Source of the DNA: Betaproteobacteria bacterium
GTDB taxonomy: Bacteria > Pseudomonadota > Gammaproteobacteria > Burkholderiales > Thiobacillaceae
Length of the DNA: 39,408 nt
Assembly: GCA_016873905.1 (NCBI GenBank)
Contig: VGVU01000001.1
Location: 1-39,408, forward strand
Reading direction: 5' to 3'
The position numbers and the translations under genes are program-made. Shown in pieces: positions 36,401 to 39,408 of this stretch; position 1 is the first letter of the stretch; each line of letters starts with the position of its first letter. The notes beneath the pieces were generated by a model. It saw only the letters and a list, made by a program, of their open reading frames with translations. It did not search any database and had not been told where the DNA came from.

Positions 36401-36429
36401 ATTGAAAGCCCCCCGCGACCAGGGGACAA
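36401..36429 (-). promoter_or_regulatory. Weak candidate promoter for rplY-pth-ychF
   Basis: Minus strand reads TTGTCC (36429-36424, overlapping the preceding U-tract), a 17-nt spacer, then TTCAAT (36406-36401). It would leave only a leader of about 10 nt, starting at the GGAG SD. Confidence 0.25.
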
Positions 36430-36445
36430 AAACCGCCAGAGGCGG
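36428..36445 (-). terminator. Small terminator-like hairpin downstream of prs
   Basis: Minus-strand RNA: CCGCC-UCU-GGCGG followed by UUUUUG. Only 5 bp with a 3-nt loop, so it is weak. Confidence 0.35.
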
Positions 36446-36484
36446 GGTTATCGTTTATTCAACTGTTTCCCGAAAAGCCAGGGC

Positions 36485-37438
36485 TTACTCGACAAACAGC
36501 GAACTCACAGAATCTTCCTTGTTGATGCGACGGATCGTTTCCGCCATCAACTCGGCCGAGGGCAACACGCGAATCCGCTCGCATTGGCGTGCCTCAGGCC
36601 GCAGCGGAATGGTATCGGTCACCACCAGCTCGTCGAGCGCCGAACGCGACACCCGCTCCACCGCGCTGCCAGACAACACCCCATGGGTGCAATAGGCCAC
36701 CACGCGCTGAGCGCCGTGCTCCTTCAACGCTGCGGCGGCTTCGCACAGCGTGTTTGCCGTATCAACCAGGTCGTCCATGATCACGCAGGTCCGACCCCGA
36801 ACATCGCCGATGATGTGCATCACCTTGGCCACATTCGGCTTGGGGCGACGCTTGTCGATAATTGCCAGATCCGCATTGTTGAGCAGTTTGGCCGTGGCCC
36901 GCGCCCGTACCACGCCCCCCACATCGGGCGAGACCACGATCAGGTTCTCGTAGTTCTTGGCCCGGATATCGTTCAGCAGAATGGGGGTCGAGTAGACATT
37001 GTCCACCGGAATATCAAAGAAACCCTGAATCTGGTCCGAGTGCAGGTCCATGGTCAGAACACGGTTCACGCCCACGCCGGTCAGCATGTCGGCGACGACC
37101 CGAGCGGCGATGGGCACCCGCGCGCTACGCACGCGACGATCCTGGCGCGCATAGCCAAAATACGGCATCGCTGCGGTAATGCGACCGGCCGAGGCACGCC
37201 GCAAGGCATCGGCCAACAGCATGATTTCCATCAGGTTGTCATTGGTCGGCGCACAAGTGGACTGCAGGATGAACACATCCTTGCCGCGCACATTGTCATG
37301 CACCTCAACCATCACCTCCCCATCGGAGAAGCGGCCGACGGAGGCGCGACCGAGCGGAATACCCAACTGGCGAACGATCTGCTCTGCCAGTTCCGGACTT
37401 CCGTTCCCCGTAAACACCATCAGGCTATCAAAGGCCAC
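36485..37438 (-). CDS. prs: Ribose-phosphate pyrophosphokinase (PRPP synthetase)
   Basis: [17 protein letters not shown]..., [21 protein letters not shown]-binding loop [12 protein letters not shown]. Start set at the GTG at 37438 (MAFDSLMVF..., GGAGA 7 nt upstream, 317 aa). Alternatives are the ATG at 37420 or the ORF-track TTG at 37480, which runs into the terminator hairpin. Confidence 0.93.
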   Translation of the reverse strand: MAFDSLMVFTGNGSPELAEQIVRQLGIPLGRASVGRFSDGEVMVEVHDNVRGKDVFILQSTCAPTNDNLMEIMLLADALRRASAGRITAAMPYFGYARQDRRVRSARVPIAARVVADMLTGVGVNRVLTMDLHSDQIQGFFDIPVDNVYSTPILLNDIRAKNYENLIVVSPDVGGVVRARATAKLLNNADLAIIDKRRPKPNVAKVMHIIGDVRGRTCVIMDDLVDTANTLCEAAAALKEHGAQRVVAYCTHGVLSGSAVERVSRSALDELVVTDTIPLRPEARQCERIRVLPSAELMAETIRRINKEDSVSSLFVE

Positions 37439-37456
37439 CGCAACTCTCCGTAGAGG

Positions 37457-37492
37457 AAAAACAAAAAGCGTGTAGCCCAAACACTACACGCT
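37457..37492 (-). terminator. Canonical rho-independent terminator immediately after tRNA-Gln
   Basis: Minus-strand RNA: AGCGUGUAG-UGUUUGGG-CUACACGCU (perfect 9-bp stem), followed by UUUUUGUUUUU. Confidence 0.8.
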
Positions 37493-37497
37493 GAATC

Positions 37498-37572
37498 TGG
37501 CTGGGGAGGTAGGGATCGAACCTACGAATGCCGGAATCAAAATCCGGTGCCTTACCACTTGGCGACTCCCCA
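37498..37572 (-). tRNA. tRNA-Gln (anticodon UUG)
   Basis: Reverse complement is TGGGGAGTCGCCAAGTGGTAAGGCACCGGATTTTGATTCCGGCATTCGTAGGTTCGATCCCTACCTCCCCAGCCA. 75 nt, anticodon loop UUUUGAU, close to E. coli tRNA-Gln. The 5' end lies 6 nt after the ispE stop. Confidence 0.95.
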
Positions 37573-37578
37573 AGCGTT

Positions 37579-38430
37579 TCAAACGATTCCGAACAACGGA
37601 TGCTGATCGAGACCGTCTGCAACAAACCCGTGCATCCCGGATGGCCGAATAGCGAACACCCGTTCTGCGTCTTCACGGCTGGCAAATGCAGCAAAGCAAC
37701 ACGCCCCTGATCCGGTCATGCGCGCCGCACCGTACTGACCTAGCCAGTCCAATGCCGCTGCCACTTCCGGGTATAACCGAGCCACCAAGGGCTCCAAGTC
37801 ATTGTGGGTCCTGTCGTCCTGCCAAGCACCCTCCGTGAGGGGCGTAATTGTGAGGCGAGGCGTGTCCCGTGTCAATTCCGGATGTGAAAAAACCCCCTGT
37901 GTCGATACCGAAACAGGGGGGATCAGTACCACATAGGTCGCCGGTGCAAGGGGTAGGGGCTGGAATACCTCGCCCACGCCCTCGGCAAAGGCCGTCTGGC
38001 CATAGATAAAAACCGGCACATCGGCACCCAACTGCAGCCCAAGCTCCTGCAAAGTCGCTCGCGACAGCCCCAATTCCCAGAGCTGGTTAAGGGCCATCAG
38101 CACGGTTGCCGCATCTGAACTACCGCCCCCCAGGCCGCCGCCCATGGGCAGGCGCTTGATCAGCCGAATATCCGCCCCCAGGCCGCAGCCCGTATGGGCC
38201 TGCAGCAGACGCGCGGCCCGCCAGCACAGATCGTGTTCCTGCGCGACACCCGGCAGCGGTTCGACAAGGACAATCTGGCCATCCGCCCGTGGCGTGATTT
38301 CCAGTTCATCCCCGTAGTCCAGAAAGCGGAAAACGGTCTGCAGCTCGTGATATCCGTTCGCTCGCCGCCCCACCACATGCAAAAACAGGTTGAGTTTGGC
38401 CGGGGCGGGATAGAACCGCCCCACATTCAT
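37579..38430 (-). CDS. ispE: 4-diphosphocytidyl-2-C-methyl-D-erythritol kinase
   Basis: PAPAKLNLFLHVVGRRANGYHELQTVF.FLDYGD and the GHMP-kinase motif PMGGGLGGGSSDAA. ATG at 38430 forms an ATGA overlap with the lolB stop. An upstream ATG at 38442 is the alternative. Confidence 0.94.
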   Translation of the reverse strand: MNVGRFYPAPAKLNLFLHVVGRRANGYHELQTVFRFLDYGDELEITPRADGQIVLVEPLPGVAQEHDLCWRAARLLQAHTGCGLGADIRLIKRLPMGGGLGGGSSDAATVLMALNQLWELGLSRATLQELGLQLGADVPVFIYGQTAFAEGVGEVFQPLPLAPATYVVLIPPVSVSTQGVFSHPELTRDTPRLTITPLTEGAWQDDRTHNDLEPLVARLYPEVAAALDWLGQYGAARMTGSGACCFAAFASREDAERVFAIRPSGMHGFVADGLDQHPLFGIV

Positions 38431-39020
38431 GGCAGGGTCCATTGATCCACCACCAGACGCAACTCCATGTCTGCACCGCGCCGGGCGACCAGCTTCCCGG
38501 GCAGGAAACGCCCGGCAACCGGTTGATAGCGCTGAAAGTCAATCCGCCAGCCATCCTGTTCCAGATGCGCCAGACGACCTTCACTATCGTATTCGCGGCG
38601 ACTGGGCTCACCCGCTCGCCCCGTCCCGGCCAACCACCACGGCAAATACTCCAGAGGCAACTTGAAACCCAGCATTTGATCCAAGCCACTCAAACCGGAC
38701 TCCGTCACGGTGCGCTGGCCCTTGTGGTCAACCACTTCGATGCGCTCGCCCATACGCAGGATCTCGGCGACCGCTCCCCCCATCGGGGTCGTAACCGATA
38801 TCTGGTCGCCTGCACCCCGGCGCGTCCAGCGCAAGCCGCCCGACACAATCTCGTCAGCAGCGCGCAGGGACAGGCGTCCCTCCAGGGTAAATTCACTCAG
38901 GGGCTGCACCACCGGAACCGGTGAGTCCACGGTCAACGGCGCCGGCGGAGGCGTCGAACAGCCCCCGAGCGCGATCAGCGCCCCCAGCCAAACAACACGG
39001 GAAAAAGGGACGCGCAACAA
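38427..39020 (-). CDS. lolB: Outer-membrane lipoprotein LolB
   Basis: 197 aa. Signal peptide with lipobox ALGGC. Position upstream of ispE as in E. coli and Betaproteobacteria. Only a TTG start is available (39020), 2 nt after the upstream gene's stop. Confidence 0.85.
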   Translation of the reverse strand: MLRVPFSRVVWLGALIALGGCSTPPPAPLTVDSPVPVVQPLSEFTLEGRLSLRAADEIVSGGLRWTRRGAGDQISVTTPMGGAVAEILRMGERIEVVDHKGQRTVTESGLSGLDQMLGFKLPLEYLPWWLAGTGRAGEPSRREYDSEGRLAHLEQDGWRIDFQRYQPVAGRFLPGKLVARRGADMELRLVVDQWTLP

Positions 39021-39022
39021 AA

Positions 39023-39408
39023 TCAGCGGCGCTCCAGGGCGTTGCGCAGCAGGGTGTTGTCCGGAGCAGACTTAAGGGCGTCCTTCCAGACATCGCGGGC
39101 CTCCGCGTGCAGCCCCTTGGCCCACAAGGCCTCACCCAGATGGCCGGCCACCTCCGGGTCCTGCATCACGGCATAGGCCTTGCGCAACCAGCGAATCGCT
39201 TCGTCCAGATGGCCGGCCTTGAAATGAGCCCAGCCCATGCTATCCAGGATGAAACCATCACCCGGCGACAGTTCTAGCGCCTTTTCCAGCAAGACAATCG
39301 CCTCCAGCGGACGATTCAGCCGATCCGCCAGCGTATAACCCAAGGCATTGTAGGCATGGGCATGTTGAGGTTTGAGCGCAATCAGACGCCGCAACCCCTG
39401 CTCGGCCA
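39023..39408 (-). CDS. Tetratricopeptide-repeat protein, C-terminal part (5' end outside window)
   Basis: Frame stays open to the window edge (..AEQGLRRLIAL...). TPR-like repeats: AYNALGYTLADRLNRPLEAIVLLEKALELSP and GWAHFKAGHLDEAIRWLRKAY. Confidence 0.8.
   Translation of the reverse strand, partial: AEQGLRRLIALKPQHAHAYNALGYTLADRLNRPLEAIVLLEKALELSPGDGFILDSMGWAHFKAGHLDEAIRWLRKAYAVMQDPEVAGHLGEALWAKGLHAEARDVWKDALKSAPDNTLLRNALERR

Overview
This window is almost entirely the conserved translation/transcription gene supercluster of a moderately GC-rich proteobacterium. The gene order and the presence of LolB suggest a beta- or gammaproteobacterium, and the lolB-ispE-tRNA-Gln-prs-rplY-pth-ychF arrangement is what I recall from Betaproteobacteria. 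I call 51 protein genes and 5 tRNA genes.

Gene order. On the plus strand at the left edge are the 3' part of uvrA and an S4-domain pseudouridine synthase. Everything else is on the minus strand. In transcription order, right to left:
- TPR protein (partial), lolB, ispE, tRNA-Gln, prs, rplY, pth, ychF
- tRNA-Tyr, tRNA-Gly, tRNA-Thr, tuf, tRNA-Trp, secE, nusG, rplK-rplA-rplJ-rplL, rpoB, rpoC
- rpsL, rpsG, fusA, tuf
- S10 block, rpsJ to rpsQ
- spc block, rplN to rpmJ, including secY
- alpha block, rpsM, rpsK, rpsD, rpoA, rplQ
- a DUF62 / SAM-hydrolase-family gene

All ribosomal protein genes look intact. Many are translationally coupled through 1-17 nt overlaps.

No novel system. I see no mobile element, CRISPR array, defence island, toxin-antitoxin pair or orphan gene cluster. 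This is an ordinary core region, and I cannot support any previously undescribed multi-gene system here.

What deserves a second look is mostly in the non-coding spacers:
- The two tuf genes are nucleotide-identical over exactly the CDS.
- A 97-nt spacer between rpsJ and rplC carries a terminator-like hairpin. It may stand in for the missing S10 leader.
- A near-consensus promoter has the rpoC stop codon inside its -35 box. It fires into a 41-nt GC-rich hairpin ahead of rpsL.
- Two mutually exclusive hairpins lie upstream of a T-rich tract between rplL and rpoB.
- A canonical terminator sits only 7 nt from the prs ribosome-binding site.
- A consensus stable-RNA-type promoter abuts the ychF stop codon.
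- S4 carries a Cys4 zinc-ribbon motif.

Limits. All structure and promoter calls were made by eye, without folding or search tools.
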